From contig ACYB01000038.1 of NCBI GenBank assembly GCA_000175855.1, positions 60,001-92,000 on the forward strand: DNA of 32,000 nucleotides. Direction: 5' to 3'. Within the stretch, counting starts at the first letter, position 1; each line of letters starts with the position of its first letter. The notes beneath the pieces were generated by a model, which was not told where the DNA came from, searched no databases, and saw nothing but the letters and a program-made list of their open reading frames with translations. Source of the stretch: Raphidiopsis brookii D9. Lineage in GTDB: Bacteria; Cyanobacteriota; Cyanobacteriia; Cyanobacteriales; Nostocaceae. Shown in pieces: positions 11,977-21,786 of the stretch. The translations under genes were made by a program, and so were the position numbers.

Positions 11977-13575
11977 TCAGGAAGTTTTGGGAGATCGACC
12001 ACAAAGTTGAGTGATGGTTTTTAGACGATTACTCAGTTCTTGACTTAGCACACCTTCTTCATAACGCCATTCCCAGTTACCTTCTGTTGTACCCGGGTAG
12101 TTCATTCTAGACTCCGTTCCCAACCCCAAAATATCCTGTAGGGGAATGATGGACTGATTGGCAATAGATATCAAAGCTAGTCGGATCAAATCCCAGTTAA
12201 TTCCATCACTACTAACACCACCTAAGTATAATAATAGGTTTTGCTTTTCGTAATCGTTGGCAGTGTTAAACCAGCCAACAGTTGTGTCATTATCATGGGT
12301 ACCAGTATAGACCACAGCATTTCTGGGATAGTTAAAGGGTAGAAATGGATTTCCAGGATCGGAACCGAAGGCAAATTGTAATACCTTCATTCCAGGAAAC
12401 TCAAATTCATCCCTTAGCGCCTCTACCTCTGGGGTGATAATTCCCAGATCTTCAGCTAGAATTGGCAATTTGCCCAGTCTTTGTTTAACTACGGCAAAAA
12501 ACTCTTTTCCAGGTGCTTTTATCCACTCCCCGTTAATAGCAGTTTCTTCCCCTTGGGGAACAGCCCAATAGGCTTCAAAACCCCGAAAGTGGTCAATGCG
12601 GATTATATCCACATAATCTAGTATGGCTTCAAAACGTTGCACCCACCAGGCAAAATCCTGCTTTTCCAATTCCTCCCAGTTGTAAACCGGATTTCCCCAC
12701 AATTGGCCAGTAGCGCTAAAATAGTCTGGTGGCACCCCGGCCATTAGATCCACTGCTCCCGTCTTTGTATCTAAGGCAAAAAACTCGGGATTTGCCCACA
12801 CGTCAGCACTATCATGAGCTACATAAATGGGTATATCCCCAATAATACCTATTCCTCGTTCGTTGGCATACTCTTTGAGTTTTGACCACTGACGAAAAAA
12901 CTCATATTGAATAAATTTGTAATAGAATATCTGTTCTGCTAGATCTTGCTCAATCTTGCTTATGGCCTCTGGTTCTCGCCTCGCTAATTCTAATGGCCAA
13001 TTATACCAACCTTCTCCGTCGTGGGCATCTTTGATGGACATGAACAGCGCATAATTGTTTAACCAATAACCTTTGCTCTGGCAAAATTGATCAAATGCCG
13101 CCCTTTGGTGACTATTAGCACTTCTTTGAAAGTTATCGCATGCCCGCTGGAGCAAATTGATTTTTTGCGGGATCACTTGTGCAAAATCTACTTTATCAGC
13201 AGTAAATTGGGGTAAATCAGCAAAATCAGCCTCACATAACAAACCCTCATTTACTAGCTTGTCTGGACTAATTAGTAAGTGATTCCCCGCCATGGCAGAA
13301 TAGCACATGTAAGGAGAACTACCATAGCCCGTGGGACCTAGGGGTAAAACTTGCCAATACTGCTGATAGCTCTCTTTCAGAAAATCAATAAAACGATAGG
13401 CCTCCAACCCCAGGTCACCAATGCCGAAGCGACTGGGAAAACAACTGGGATGAAGTAAAATTCCACTGGATCTTGGAAAGGGCATAGTTGGGAGAGAAAA
13501 ACAGATGGCGGTTAATTCAGGAAACAATGATAATGCTACATTGAACTCGTCCTCTAAATTCCATTGAACTTTCAA
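11977..13575 (-). CDS. malQ: 4-alpha-glucanotransferase
   Basis: Contains SSGILLHPSCFPSRFGIGDLG, YQQYWQVLPLGPTGYGSSPYMCYSAMAGNHLLISP, IIRIDHFRGFEAYWAVP, GDIPIYVAHDSADVW and VYTGTHDNDTTVGWF. The true start is probably the internal Met of MPFPRSSGIL rather than the ORF start. Confidence 0.95.
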   Translation of the reverse strand: MKVQWNLEDEFNVALSLFPELTAICFSLPTMPFPRSSGILLHPSCFPSRFGIGDLGLEAYRFIDFLKESYQQYWQVLPLGPTGYGSSPYMCYSAMAGNHLLISPDKLVNEGLLCEADFADLPQFTADKVDFAQVIPQKINLLQRACDNFQRSANSHQRAAFDQFCQSKGYWLNNYALFMSIKDAHDGEGWYNWPLELARREPEAISKIEQDLAEQIFYYKFIQYEFFRQWSKLKEYANERGIGIIGDIPIYVAHDSADVWANPEFFALDTKTGAVDLMAGVPPDYFSATGQLWGNPVYNWEELEKQDFAWWVQRFEAILDYVDIIRIDHFRGFEAYWAVPQGEETAINGEWIKAPGKEFFAVVKQRLGKLPILAEDLGIITPEVEALRDEFEFPGMKVLQFAFGSDPGNPFLPFNYPRNAVVYTGTHDNDTTVGWFNTANDYEKQNLLLYLGGVSSDGINWDLIRLALISIANQSIIPLQDILGLGTESRMNYPGTTEGNWEWRYEEGVLSQELSNRLKTITQLCGRSPKTS

Positions 13576-13595
13576 AACATCTTAATTCTTAACAA

Positions 13596-13820
13596 TCAAT
13601 GATCTGCTGCTCTTTCTATATATTGACTTTCTACTAGAAAGGTACCCTGGCTAAAACGCACTACCCAATATCCCCCTGGTCTAAGGTCAACAACTGTACC
13701 TTCTTCCTGAATGCTAACTACATCGGGAGGGCGTAACATGGGCATGGGATCAGCAGTTTTGATATAGGGGGGTAGGGTGACTAAACGAACTCTACTGCCA
13801 ATGAAAAATTCTGTGGACAT
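13596..13820 (-). CDS. sipA: SipA-like (NblS-interacting) regulatory protein, DUF3148 family
   Basis: 74 aa ORF MSTEFFIGSRVRLVTLPPYIKTADPMPMLRPPDVVSIQEEGTVVDLRPGGYWVVRFSQGTFLVESQYIE, recognised from memory as the small cyanobacterial SipA/DUF3148 protein. Confidence 0.72.
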   Translation of the reverse strand: MSTEFFIGSRVRLVTLPPYIKTADPMPMLRPPDVVSIQEEGTVVDLRPGGYWVVRFSQGTFLVESQYIERAADH

Positions 13821-13912
13821 GGGAAATAAAAAAGAGTGTAATTGATCCTGCAGGATAGCAAAAGGCGATCGCCATAGACTATTCTAAATATAGTCGCTTT
13901 TAAATTATTTTC

Positions 13913-14551
13913 GTGACCAGAGAACGGGAACCCTTAATTAGTTTAGCACTTTACCACGCTTTCAAATGGTCGGTGGTTAGCCCCATGTTACACGCTTACT
14001 TTGGGGGCAAAATTTATGGGGTGGAAAATGTTCCCCAAACAGGTGGGTTGGTGATCGTCAGTAACCATGCTAGTTACTTTGACCCTCCCATAGTGTCTAA
14101 TTGTGTATGTCGTCCCGTAGCATACATGGCGAAGGAGGAATTATTCAAAATTCCTGTTTTAGCCCAGGCCATTAAATTATATGGTGCCTATCCGGTAAGT
14201 CGCGGTACATCAGATAGAGCAGCAATTAGATACGCTCTGGAATATTTGGAAAATGGTTGGGCAGTAGGAGTATTTTTGGAAGGAACTAGAACCCGTGATG
14301 GGCGTGTTCATGACCCTAAACGAGGCGCCGCACTACTAGCTGCTAAGGCTAAGGTTCCCCTATTACCGGTGAGTTTGTGGGGAAGTGAAAAAATCGTCCA
14401 ACCGGGTACACCTATTCCCCGCAAGGTTCCCTTAACTATTAGAATTGGTAAATTGATTGCAACTCCTAGTTCCACAAGTAAGGAGGAATTGGAAGCAGTT
14501 ACTCATCAATGTGCGAACGCTATCAATACGTTACATGATTTGGGTAGGTAG
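13913..14551 (+). CDS. plsC: 1-acyl-sn-glycerol-3-phosphate acyltransferase
   Basis: 212 aa (GTG start) with acyltransferase motifs VSNHASYFDPP (H-x4-D type), VGVFLEGTRTRDG and AKVPLLPVSLWG. Confidence 0.88.
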   Translation: MTREREPLISLALYHAFKWSVVSPMLHAYFGGKIYGVENVPQTGGLVIVSNHASYFDPPIVSNCVCRPVAYMAKEELFKIPVLAQAIKLYGAYPVSRGTSDRAAIRYALEYLENGWAVGVFLEGTRTRDGRVHDPKRGAALLAAKAKVPLLPVSLWGSEKIVQPGTPIPRKVPLTIRIGKLIATPSSTSKEELEAVTHQCANAINTLHDLGR

Positions 14552-14565
14552 TAAATAGGCAAATT

Positions 14566-14853
14566 ATGTCAGATTTAAGAGAAAAGCTAACAGAGAACCT
14601 AGATGAAGCAGAATGGGAATGGTTAGTCCCCCACGCTCAAAGAGATGTTATCATTGTGGTAGCGTCAGGATTAGACCTATTGGATGTGGGAGAGGCGATC
14701 GCCAGTGATAATACTCAGTCTGTTGGGGTGTGGATTGATGAACAATTAATTAGTAAGCCTTCTCCCATACAGTTAGGAGATTGGAATGGCAATCCCACTA
14801 AAAGATTTAATGCGTTGATTATAGAACCTTATGTTTTAATACAGGAGAAATGA
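14566..14853 (+). CDS. DUF2288-like small conserved protein
   Basis: 95 aa ORF ([66 protein letters not shown]) packed between plsC and rsmH. Family assignment is from recall. Confidence 0.65.
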   Translation: MSDLREKLTENLDEAEWEWLVPHAQRDVIIVVASGLDLLDVGEAIASDNTQSVGVWIDEQLISKPSPIQLGDWNGNPTKRFNALIIEPYVLIQEK

Positions 14854-14857
14854 GTTA

Positions 14858-15775
14858 ATGGTTATCAATAACCGTAACTTGCCAAATCACACGCCATTAA
14901 CACCATTAAATCAAGTTCCTTTTTCTCATATTCCCGTTCTGGGTGAGGAATTAATTAGGGGTTTAAATATCCAAGCGGGTGGCAATTATTTGGATTTAAC
15001 TGTGGGTGGTGGTGGACACTCTCGGTTAATATTACAAGCTGCTGACAACACTAAGGTGATGGCGGTTGACCAGGATTTAGATGCTGTGATAGCAGCAAAA
15101 ACCCGTTTGTCTGAGTTTGGAGATCGTGTTGATTTTCTACACACTAATTTTGTTAATTTTCCCTTCCCCCCCAATACTTATGATGGCATTTTGGCAGATT
15201 TGGGGGTCAGTTCCTATCATTTGGATAATCCAGAAAGGGGGTTTAGTTTTAGACACACTGCTAATTTGGACATGCGCATGAATCAACAACAATCTATCAC
15301 CGCTGCTGATATAGTTAATGGGTGGGATGAACAAGAACTGACCCATATTTTTTTTGAATATGGTGAAGAAAGACTTTCGCGAAAAATAGCTAGGCGCATT
15401 ATTGAAAACCGCCCTTTTTCCACCACTACACAACTAGCAGAATCCATCAGCTCCTGTGTTCCACCTAAATATCGCTATGGTAGAATACACCCAGCAACTC
15501 GTGTTTTCCAAGCTCTACGTCTAGCAGTTAATGATGAGTTACAAGTGCTGGAAACTTTGCTTCACAAAGCACCCCCTTCCCTGGTCCCTGGAGGAAAAAT
15601 TGCTCTTATTAGTTTTCATAGCTTGGAGGATAGAATTGTCAAACACGGGTTACGGAACTCTGACCTATTAACGGTGATGACTAAAAAACCAATTACGGCC
15701 ACGGACCCCGAAATTCAACACAATCCCCGCTCCCGCTCGGCCAAATTGAGAATAGCACAAAAAGTTGCTTTTTAG
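14858..15775 (+). CDS. rsmH: 16S rRNA (cytosine(1402)-N(4))-methyltransferase RsmH (MraW)
   Basis: 305 aa, with [71 protein letters not shown] and [13 protein letters not shown]...[12 protein letters not shown]. Confidence 0.96.
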   Translation: MVINNRNLPNHTPLTPLNQVPFSHIPVLGEELIRGLNIQAGGNYLDLTVGGGGHSRLILQAADNTKVMAVDQDLDAVIAAKTRLSEFGDRVDFLHTNFVNFPFPPNTYDGILADLGVSSYHLDNPERGFSFRHTANLDMRMNQQQSITAADIVNGWDEQELTHIFFEYGEERLSRKIARRIIENRPFSTTTQLAESISSCVPPKYRYGRIHPATRVFQALRLAVNDELQVLETLLHKAPPSLVPGGKIALISFHSLEDRIVKHGLRNSDLLTVMTKKPITATDPEIQHNPRSRSAKLRIAQKVAF

Positions 15776-15799
15776 TTTTTAAAAACTAGAAACCCATAA

Positions 15800-15986
15800 T
15801 TTAGTTGACCACAACGCCGTTTTACCTAAGTTTATGACCTGGTTAAACCAGGTGGGAATGGCTGTTGCTTGTTTAAAGTTTCCGAGTAAAATCTCGGTCT
15901 ACGGCCACAAGAACTAATTAGTTCCCTTTTCGTTAAAGACATAGATCAAAAAACTTGAGGGCAGTCACCAACGTCGTAGTTCAACT
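15800..15986 (-). ncRNA. ssaA: Candidate 6S RNA (ssaA-like)
   Basis: Intergenic region between rsmH and purK. Minus strand: TGTACA (16014..16019), 16-nt spacer, TATAAT (15992..15997), predicted start near 15985. The ends form a long imperfect closing stem: AGUUGA-x-C-x-ACGACG (5' end, 15986 downward) with CGUUGUGGUCAACU (3' end, 15803..15816). The interior has hairpins ACCUGG/CCAGGU (15837..15853) and CCGAG/CUCGG (15882..15897) and a 14-nt palindrome GAACTAATTAGTTC (15911..15924). Length of about 185 nt and purK adjacency fit my recollection of cyanobacterial 6S RNA. No covariance search was run. Confidence 0.5.
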
Positions 15987-16041
15987 CCTATATTATAACT
16001 ATTAACTATTATTTGTACAGGGGGGAAGAAAAAATTTTCTC

Positions 16042-17199
16042 CTATCTATCTGCACCACCTCCGGTGTACCATATAGATTCTACTTCATAAATAATTCGCT
16101 CTATCAACTCACGATTTAGCTCTTTTACTAATATTGTGATATGTCCTAATTTCCGTCCCGGACGAGATTCCCTTTTACCATACCAGTGTACATGGGAGTG
16201 GGGAATAGTTGCTAATTTCTCCCTAATCTGGAAATACTCATTGTGTGATTCTTCATACCCTAATAAGTTGACCATGACCGCAGCTGGAAAGGTCAAACTT
16301 GTGTCCCCTAAATCCATTCCCACAACAGCTCTGAGCTGTTGCTCAAATTGGGATGTTTTACAAGCATCTAAGGAAAAATGACCAGAGTTATGAGTCCTGG
16401 GTGCAATTTCGTTGATTAAAATCCTCCCCCCAGCAGTAATAAATAACTCAATCCCAAATACCCCCACTACTCCTAAACTGGTTAATATCTTACGAGCGAT
16501 CGCCACAATTTGGTCTTCCTGGTCAGGGGGTAATATCCGCTGGGACAATAACCCTGCGACAAACCTGTTTTCCTGTTGGGTTTCTACTACTGGGTAGGTC
16601 ACGATCTCTCCTTTCACTGAACGAGCAGCAACAATTGCCAACTCTTTAGTAAAAGGAACAAATTCTTCAATGAGGAATTCAACATTTTTTTTATCAACTT
16701 GATTGACTAAATTAGAAAAACAAGCATGATTATCTATAATAAAAGTACCCTGACCATCATAACCATGTCTCCTAGCTTTAACCACTAGGGGAAACCCCAA
16801 ATATTCTATTTTTGATGCCAAATCTGGCGAATTTACCCAAGGGAAAAATTGCGGCACAGGTAAATTTAAATCTCTCAAATAGCATCTTTGATGATACTTA
16901 TCCAATAAACGAGATAAAGCTCCTAAATGGGGACGAAAACATACGCCTTGCTTCTCTAAACCAGACAAAGCATCCAAATTAACGAACTCATTTTCAAAAG
17001 TAATCAGATCCGATTTAGTAGCTAACACACCCGTTGCCACCGCATCCTCAACAGATGCTAAAACTACATCCTGCGCAATAGCCACCGCCGGGTCAGTTCT
17101 AGCAGGAGTCTGTACTATCAAGTCTAAACCTAGGCTTTTAGCTGGTTCCCCCATCATCAAAGCCAGTTGTCCACCACCAATTATACCTATGCGCTTCAT
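16042..17199 (-). CDS. purK: 5-(carboxyamino)imidazole ribonucleotide synthase
   Basis: 385 aa, with IGIIGGGQLALMMGEPAKSLG, PLVVKARRHGYDGQGTFII, FIEEFVPFTKELAIVAARS, INEIAPRTHNSGHFSLDACKTSQFEQQLRAV and HWYGKRESRPGRKLGHI. Confidence 0.95.
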   Translation of the reverse strand: MKRIGIIGGGQLALMMGEPAKSLGLDLIVQTPARTDPAVAIAQDVVLASVEDAVATGVLATKSDLITFENEFVNLDALSGLEKQGVCFRPHLGALSRLLDKYHQRCYLRDLNLPVPQFFPWVNSPDLASKIEYLGFPLVVKARRHGYDGQGTFIIDNHACFSNLVNQVDKKNVEFLIEEFVPFTKELAIVAARSVKGEIVTYPVVETQQENRFVAGLLSQRILPPDQEDQIVAIARKILTSLGVVGVFGIELFITAGGRILINEIAPRTHNSGHFSLDACKTSQFEQQLRAVVGMDLGDTSLTFPAAVMVNLLGYEESHNEYFQIREKLATIPHSHVHWYGKRESRPGRKLGHITILVKELNRELIERIIYEVESIWYTGGGADR

Positions 17200-17684
17200 C
17201 TACACCCCAAAGAATCCCGAGTCTGAACATGGGTTTGAGAATTTACTCCCCTGGCACTCTTGCATAACTCCCCTACTTGTCCCCTATCTAAAATAGCTTC
17301 AGTGAAATCTGCTCCGTCAATGTTTGCCTCAGTAAAGATAGAACGCAGCAAAATTGCCTCCAAAAAAATAGCATCGCTTAAATCAGCACCTGTTAATTTT
17401 ACCTGATCCAGCATAGCATTGGTTAAATCCGCCCCATGTAAATTTGCTTGGGTCATGACAGAAGCACTAAAAACTGCTCCTCGCAAGTCAGCATTAGCAA
17501 AATTAGCCATTTCTAAATTAGCATTAGAGAATTCAGCAGCTTGTAAATTTTGTCCGGAAAAATTATGTCTTCCTAACTCGGCGTTACTAAATGATAGGGG
17601 ATGAGTCCAATCTACTGCTACTGCTGGCAATGTTATACACCAGAGGATGATTACCAATGACAATAATAAACCTAGTCGCTTCAT
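17196..17684 (-). CDS. Pentapeptide-repeat protein with N-terminal signal peptide
   Basis: 162 aa with signal-like MKRLGLLLSLVIILWCITLPAVAVDW, then A(N/D)L-type repeats (NLEMANFANADLRGAVFSASVMTQANLHGADLTNAMLDQVKLTGADLSDAIF). Overlaps the purK start by 4 nt. Confidence 0.88.
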   Translation of the reverse strand: MKRLGLLLSLVIILWCITLPAVAVDWTHPLSFSNAELGRHNFSGQNLQAAEFSNANLEMANFANADLRGAVFSASVMTQANLHGADLTNAMLDQVKLTGADLSDAIFLEAILLRSIFTEANIDGADFTEAILDRGQVGELCKSARGVNSQTHVQTRDSLGCR

Positions 17685-17699
17685 CTTTTTTCGCCAACC

Positions 17700-18515
17700 C
17701 TAATAAACACCCAGTTCCCGCGAGCGTTCAGCTGCAGCTTTAACAGCTTCCATTACAGCAGAACGAAAACCAGCCCTCTCCAATTCCCTCACTCCAGCAA
17801 TGGTTGTTCCCCCCGGACTGGTTACTTGGTCTTTCAATTCTGCTGGATGTATATTAGTTTCTGCAATTAGTTTTGCTGTTCCCAACACTGTATGCAGTGC
17901 TAATTGTTTAGCCACTGCTCTGGGTAAACCGGATGCCACTCCGCCATCAGCTAATGCTTCTATCATTAATGCCACATAGGCAGGCCCGCTCCCAGATAAA
18001 CCAGTCACAGCGTCCATGAGGCTTTCAGATACTTCTACTACCTCCCCAATAGCTTGAAAAATTCTTGTAGCTATGTGGTGATGACCGGGTTGGAGGTGAC
18101 CTCCACAACAAATAGCGGTCATCCCCGCACCCACTGTCGCTGGTGTATTTGGCATAGCACGAACTATAGCCACTCCAGGAAAGGAGTTCTCTAATTTTTT
18201 TAAGGACACCCCGGCTAAAATAGAAATCATTAATGGGGAAGATTCTATGGGCAACATATCAACCACTTCCTCAACCACAGCAGAAAGGATTTGAGGTTTG
18301 ACAGCCAAAATCACTGTTTCTTTCACCTGAGACCAAATCTGACTATTGTCATTGGTTACAGACACCCCATACCTTTGCTGCAAAAAACTCCTTCGAGCTT
18401 CCTGAGGTTCACTAACGATTACTTCTGATACTTGGTAAATTTCCCTGGCCAGGAGACGGGATAAAATGGCTTCTCCCATCACCCCGCCCCCAATTAAACC
18501 CAATTTAATAGTCAT
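17700..18515 (-). CDS. proC: Pyrroline-5-carboxylate reductase
   Basis: 271 aa, with LGLIGGGVMGEAILSRLL, FPGVAIVRAMPNTPATVGAGMTAICCG, VTGLSGSGPAYVALMIEALADGGVASGLPR and VTSPGGTTIAGVRELERAGFRSAV. Confidence 0.96.
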   Translation of the reverse strand: MTIKLGLIGGGVMGEAILSRLLAREIYQVSEVIVSEPQEARRSFLQQRYGVSVTNDNSQIWSQVKETVILAVKPQILSAVVEEVVDMLPIESSPLMISILAGVSLKKLENSFPGVAIVRAMPNTPATVGAGMTAICCGGHLQPGHHHIATRIFQAIGEVVEVSESLMDAVTGLSGSGPAYVALMIEALADGGVASGLPRAVAKQLALHTVLGTAKLIAETNIHPAELKDQVTSPGGTTIAGVRELERAGFRSAVMEAVKAAAERSRELGVY

Positions 18516-18545
18516 TTAGTGATTAGTTGTCCATTGGTTTAGTCT

Positions 18546-19127
18546 TTATTGTGCCATGCGATTAGGCTCACTTCCCCAATTACCAGTGTTCCGAACCGGA
18601 CGTACTGGAGGTTGGGGAACTTCATGTAAAAATCCCCCTTGGGTGCTAACTTGTACACAACTAGGAGTAAATAAAAATATACTTTCGCCTATTCTTTCCT
18701 GATGACCATCTAAAGCGTAAGTACCACCAGCAATAAAGTCCACAGCTCTTTGAGCTTGATCTGGATCCATAATTGTTAGGTTTAATACTAAAGACTTACG
18801 CTCCCGCAATGCTTGAATTGCTTGAGGCATTTCCTCAAAGGTACGGGGTTCTAAAACCAAAACCTCTGAAATTCCATTAATTGCACCGGGCATACCAATC
18901 ACATTAGTCATATGTTTTGATCCTGCTAGTTCTTCTTGAGTTACTGTGGGGGGGGTTTCTCGCCACCTTCTATTACTAGTGGTGGTTTCCTGTGGAGCTG
19001 GCTGAGGGTTTTCTGGCTGATAACTGGTTTGATAGTTATCATTATCCTGCTCCTCTTCATAGTACTCATATTCTACTGGCTCATTTAAGCCCACAAAATC
19101 TCTGAGTTTAGAAAATATGTTGTTCAT
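18546..19127 (-). CDS. sepF: Cell division protein SepF
   Basis: 193 aa, with [14 protein letters not shown] at the N-terminus and C-terminal domain [72 protein letters not shown]. Confidence 0.93.
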   Translation of the reverse strand: MNNIFSKLRDFVGLNEPVEYEYYEEEQDNDNYQTSYQPENPQPAPQETTTSNRRWRETPPTVTQEELAGSKHMTNVIGMPGAINGISEVLVLEPRTFEEMPQAIQALRERKSLVLNLTIMDPDQAQRAVDFIAGGTYALDGHQERIGESIFLFTPSCVQVSTQGGFLHEVPQPPVRPVRNTGNWGSEPNRMAQ

Positions 19128-19492
19128 TTTTCATGCTCCTGGAAATTACCTTAATTGATCTGATGTAAATATAGCTGTTGTGGGCTTAGGTTTTTGCCTT
19201 TGTCAACATTTCGTTGCCATTAACTATGATTGATGGATCATGGATCATAGGTTCTGATTTCATGAGAAAATATGGAATCATTAGGATGCTCAAGAACTTG
19301 TTATGTAAATCAAAGATAGTATTACGCTCTTCAAATAGGAAGTCCCCCTATCCTAATTCTGTACCAATGATCATATTCGTCAAGAGGGTTATGAGACCCC
19401 ATACCCCAATAAATACTGACTTAACTACTAGTATTTAGTTTTTTGTATTACATGTTTTTTGATAGCCATGTAAAAATTAGTCCTATTTGCCA

Positions 19493-20167
19493 TCAATTCT
19501 CAGGGCGATTCCCAAATAAAATTGTCCCCAGTCTTACCATAGTTGCACCCGCTTTTACTGCCAAATTGTAGTCCCCAGACATACCCATAGATAGTTCCCT
19601 CATTCCTATATTTGCCCATTTTTGGCAGGCAATTTCTTGGGCTAGATTATAAGTATGATTAAATACATGCAATATTTTCTCTTCCTTTAAGCCCCAGGGA
19701 GGAATTGTCATCAAACCTTGAATTTGTAAATTTTGGTATTGACTTAGGAATGGCAAATCTGTTAACAATTGGGGCACTGTCCAGCCAGATTTTTGAGGGT
19801 CTGGGAGAATTTTGACCTGTAGGCAACTGCATAGACTAGCTCCGGTTGTTTGAGCTATAGTGTGAAGACGCTCAGCAATGTGTAGATTATCCACCGAATG
19901 AATCCAGGAAAATAACTCCACAGCCTTTTTAGCTTTGTTACTTTGTAAGTGACCAATAAAGTGCCAAGTAATGTCTGGTAAATCTTGCAACTCAATTTGT
20001 TTACTGGCCGCCTCTTGAATGCGACTTTCACCAAAATCACGAATACCAGCCCTATATGCTTCCCGCATCAATTGAGTTGATACCTGCTTACTAACAGCTA
20101 TTAACCTTACTGATGGGGGCAGTTGGGCGCGAATAATTGTTACCCGCTCAGCAATTGAACTTGTCAT
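19493..20167 (-). CDS. pipY: YggS/PLPBP-family pyridoxal phosphate-binding protein (PipY)
   Basis: 224 aa, with RLIAVSKQVSTQLMREAYRAGIRDFGESRIQEA, WHFIGHLQSNKAKKAVELFSWIHSVDN, LQIQGLMTIPP and ELSMGMSGDYNLAVKAGATMVRLGTILFG. Overlaps the upstream pipX by 4 nt. Confidence 0.94.
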   Translation of the reverse strand: MTSSIAERVTIIRAQLPPSVRLIAVSKQVSTQLMREAYRAGIRDFGESRIQEAASKQIELQDLPDITWHFIGHLQSNKAKKAVELFSWIHSVDNLHIAERLHTIAQTTGASLCSCLQVKILPDPQKSGWTVPQLLTDLPFLSQYQNLQIQGLMTIPPWGLKEEKILHVFNHTYNLAQEIACQKWANIGMRELSMGMSGDYNLAVKAGATMVRLGTILFGNRPEN

Positions 20168-20442
20168 TGGAATGTACGCTGAAAAACTCCTTGAAGCTGA
20201 TCATACTCCTGTGGTTTACCACTGCGACGTAAAGTACGTAAACGATTTTCTATCATCATTCTGGCTTCAGTCCTACCAATGGACTGAAATTTCATCCCCT
20301 TAACGTCACTTGTTACCAAAAAAAATAGGCGTTGGGCATATAGTGTAGTAAATAGCTCTTGATTATCATCAACTATGGAGATCTTATAGAGTAAACCCCA
20401 TGTGGGATGATTGATGTAGGTTTCTGAGTGCTCTGGATTCAT
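20164..20442 (-). CDS. pipX: PII-interacting protein PipX
   Basis: 92 aa, MNPEHSETYINHPTWGLLYKISIVDDNQELFTTLYAQRLFFLVTSDVKGMKFQSIGRTEARMMIENRLRTLRRSGKPQEYDQLQGVFQRTF. This is the characteristic PipX sequence, immediately upstream of pipY. Confidence 0.95.
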   Translation of the reverse strand: MNPEHSETYINHPTWGLLYKISIVDDNQELFTTLYAQRLFFLVTSDVKGMKFQSIGRTEARMMIENRLRTLRRSGKPQEYDQLQGVFQRTFQ

Positions 20443-20652
20443 TTAATAATCGTCAAATTTGGGAGTATATATTCTTTTTTCGGGTCTCACACAATCATTC
20501 CGATGATAATAAATATCCCTCGACCAGAATTTTTTTTGGCTGATTATGTGAACTTCCTGTTCGAGTTTGTTTCTATCTTGCCATAATTATGGTCTCATGA
20601 CACAAAATATAGATTATAATGGGCTGTCCCCATAATAGGTAACACATTTCTT

Positions 20653-20886
20653 ATGGTTAAAAGTCCCTTACACGAACAACCACGTAATCAAAGAGCTACC
20701 GTAATTCGTACAAGCAATGAATTTATTCTGTTGGAATGGCTAAAATCTACAGGACGTTTGATGGCGCGCGATAATGTGGAGAACGACCTGACCAGCGAGG
20801 TAGAAGAAGAAATTGCTGAGATTATTGATCTGGATGATTTAGTCTATGATAATGATGATGAACCAGGTTCAGACTTGGAAGAATAA
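20653..20886 (+). CDS. Small acidic-tailed cyanobacterial protein (DUF3134-like)
   Basis: 77 aa ORF MVKSPLHEQPRNQRATVIRTSNEFILLEWLKSTGRLMARD...LDDLVYDNDDEPGSDLEE, divergent from pipX. Family is from recall. Confidence 0.7.
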   Translation: MVKSPLHEQPRNQRATVIRTSNEFILLEWLKSTGRLMARDNVENDLTSEVEEEIAEIIDLDDLVYDNDDEPGSDLEE

Positions 20887-20915
20887 TATGCTGTTACCAA
20901 TAGAGCTGTTGAGGA

Positions 20916-21662
20916 ATGAATCAAGAAAATAGTACGGTTGTAGCAACTCTCTACAAATTTGTCAGTCTACCGGATTATCAACAACTACAAAAACCTCTAT
21001 TGTCTTTTTGCCAGGAACACGCTATTAAGGGGACAATTTTATTGGCAACCGAAGGAATTAATGGCACAATAGCTGGTTCTCGTACTGCAATTGACCGGGT
21101 TTTGGCATTTCTTCGTCACGATGGTAGGTTGATGAACCTAGAGCATAAGGAATCATACACTCATACCCCCCCTTTCCGCAGGATGAAGGTCCGTCTGAAG
21201 CGAGAAATTATTACCCTGGGAATACCAGAGGTGGATCCTAATCAACAGGTGGGAAAGTACGTCAGTCCTCAAGAATGGAATGCTTTACTTCTGGACCCGA
21301 ATGTTATGGTTGTTGATACCCGGAATGATTATGAAGTCAGTATTGGCACTTTCAAAAGAGCACACAATCCCCACACCCATATCTTTAGAGAATTCCCCGA
21401 TTATGTAAGCAAGAACTTGCACCCAGATAAGAATCAGAAAATCGCTTTATTTTGTACAGGTGGTATTCGCTGTGAAAAAGCATCATCCTATCTGCTATCA
21501 CAAGGCTTTCAAGAGGTTTACCACCTCAAGGGAGGGATCTTGAAGTACCTAGAGGAGGTAACTGGGGAGGAAAATTTATGGGAAGGAGAGTGTTTTGTCT
21601 TTGATGACCGGGTTACAGTGAATCCTTTGACAATTGGAGAAAATAAGGTATCCTTAGATTAA
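20916..21662 (+). CDS. trhO: Rhodanese-domain tRNA uridine(34) hydroxylase (YceA/TrhO)
   Basis: 248 aa, with [64 protein letters not shown] and [41 protein letters not shown]. Confidence 0.92.
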   Translation: MNQENSTVVATLYKFVSLPDYQQLQKPLLSFCQEHAIKGTILLATEGINGTIAGSRTAIDRVLAFLRHDGRLMNLEHKESYTHTPPFRRMKVRLKREIITLGIPEVDPNQQVGKYVSPQEWNALLLDPNVMVVDTRNDYEVSIGTFKRAHNPHTHIFREFPDYVSKNLHPDKNQKIALFCTGGIRCEKASSYLLSQGFQEVYHLKGGILKYLEEVTGEENLWEGECFVFDDRVTVNPLTIGENKVSLD

Positions 21663-21663
21663 A

Positions 21664-21786
21664 GAAGGGGAGTAGCTGCTAGTTGTATACTAGTACATCT
21701 GAATCAACATACTGGTGATGAACCTGGTTCAGACGGCATAAGAGCAATACTCAAAAATATTACTCATAATTGCGAGCGAGACCTTC
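21664..21786 (+). promoter_or_regulatory. yybP-ykoY family Mn2+ riboswitch aptamer
   Basis: Begins GAAGGGGAGUAGCU (21664..21677), matching the conserved 5' element of this family, and ends GCGAGACCUUC. P1 is GAAGG (21664..21668) with CCUUC (21782..21786). Internal stems: CUAGU/ACUAG (21679..21683 with 21689..21693), CUGAAUCA/UGGUUCAG (21699..21706 with 21725..21732) and GCAAU/AUUGC (21744..21748 with 21769..21773). It lies directly upstream of a TMEM165/GDT1 gene, a known gene class for this riboswitch. Confidence 0.88.

Noticed and set aside
16136-16597. Two plus-strand ORFs (16136..16381 and 16412..16597)
   Set aside because: Both are antisense to purK and show no family features.
19214-19438. 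74-aa ORF between pipY and sepF
   Set aside because: On the strand opposite to the operon, with unconvincing composition and no motif. A short ORF in an A/T-rich spacer.
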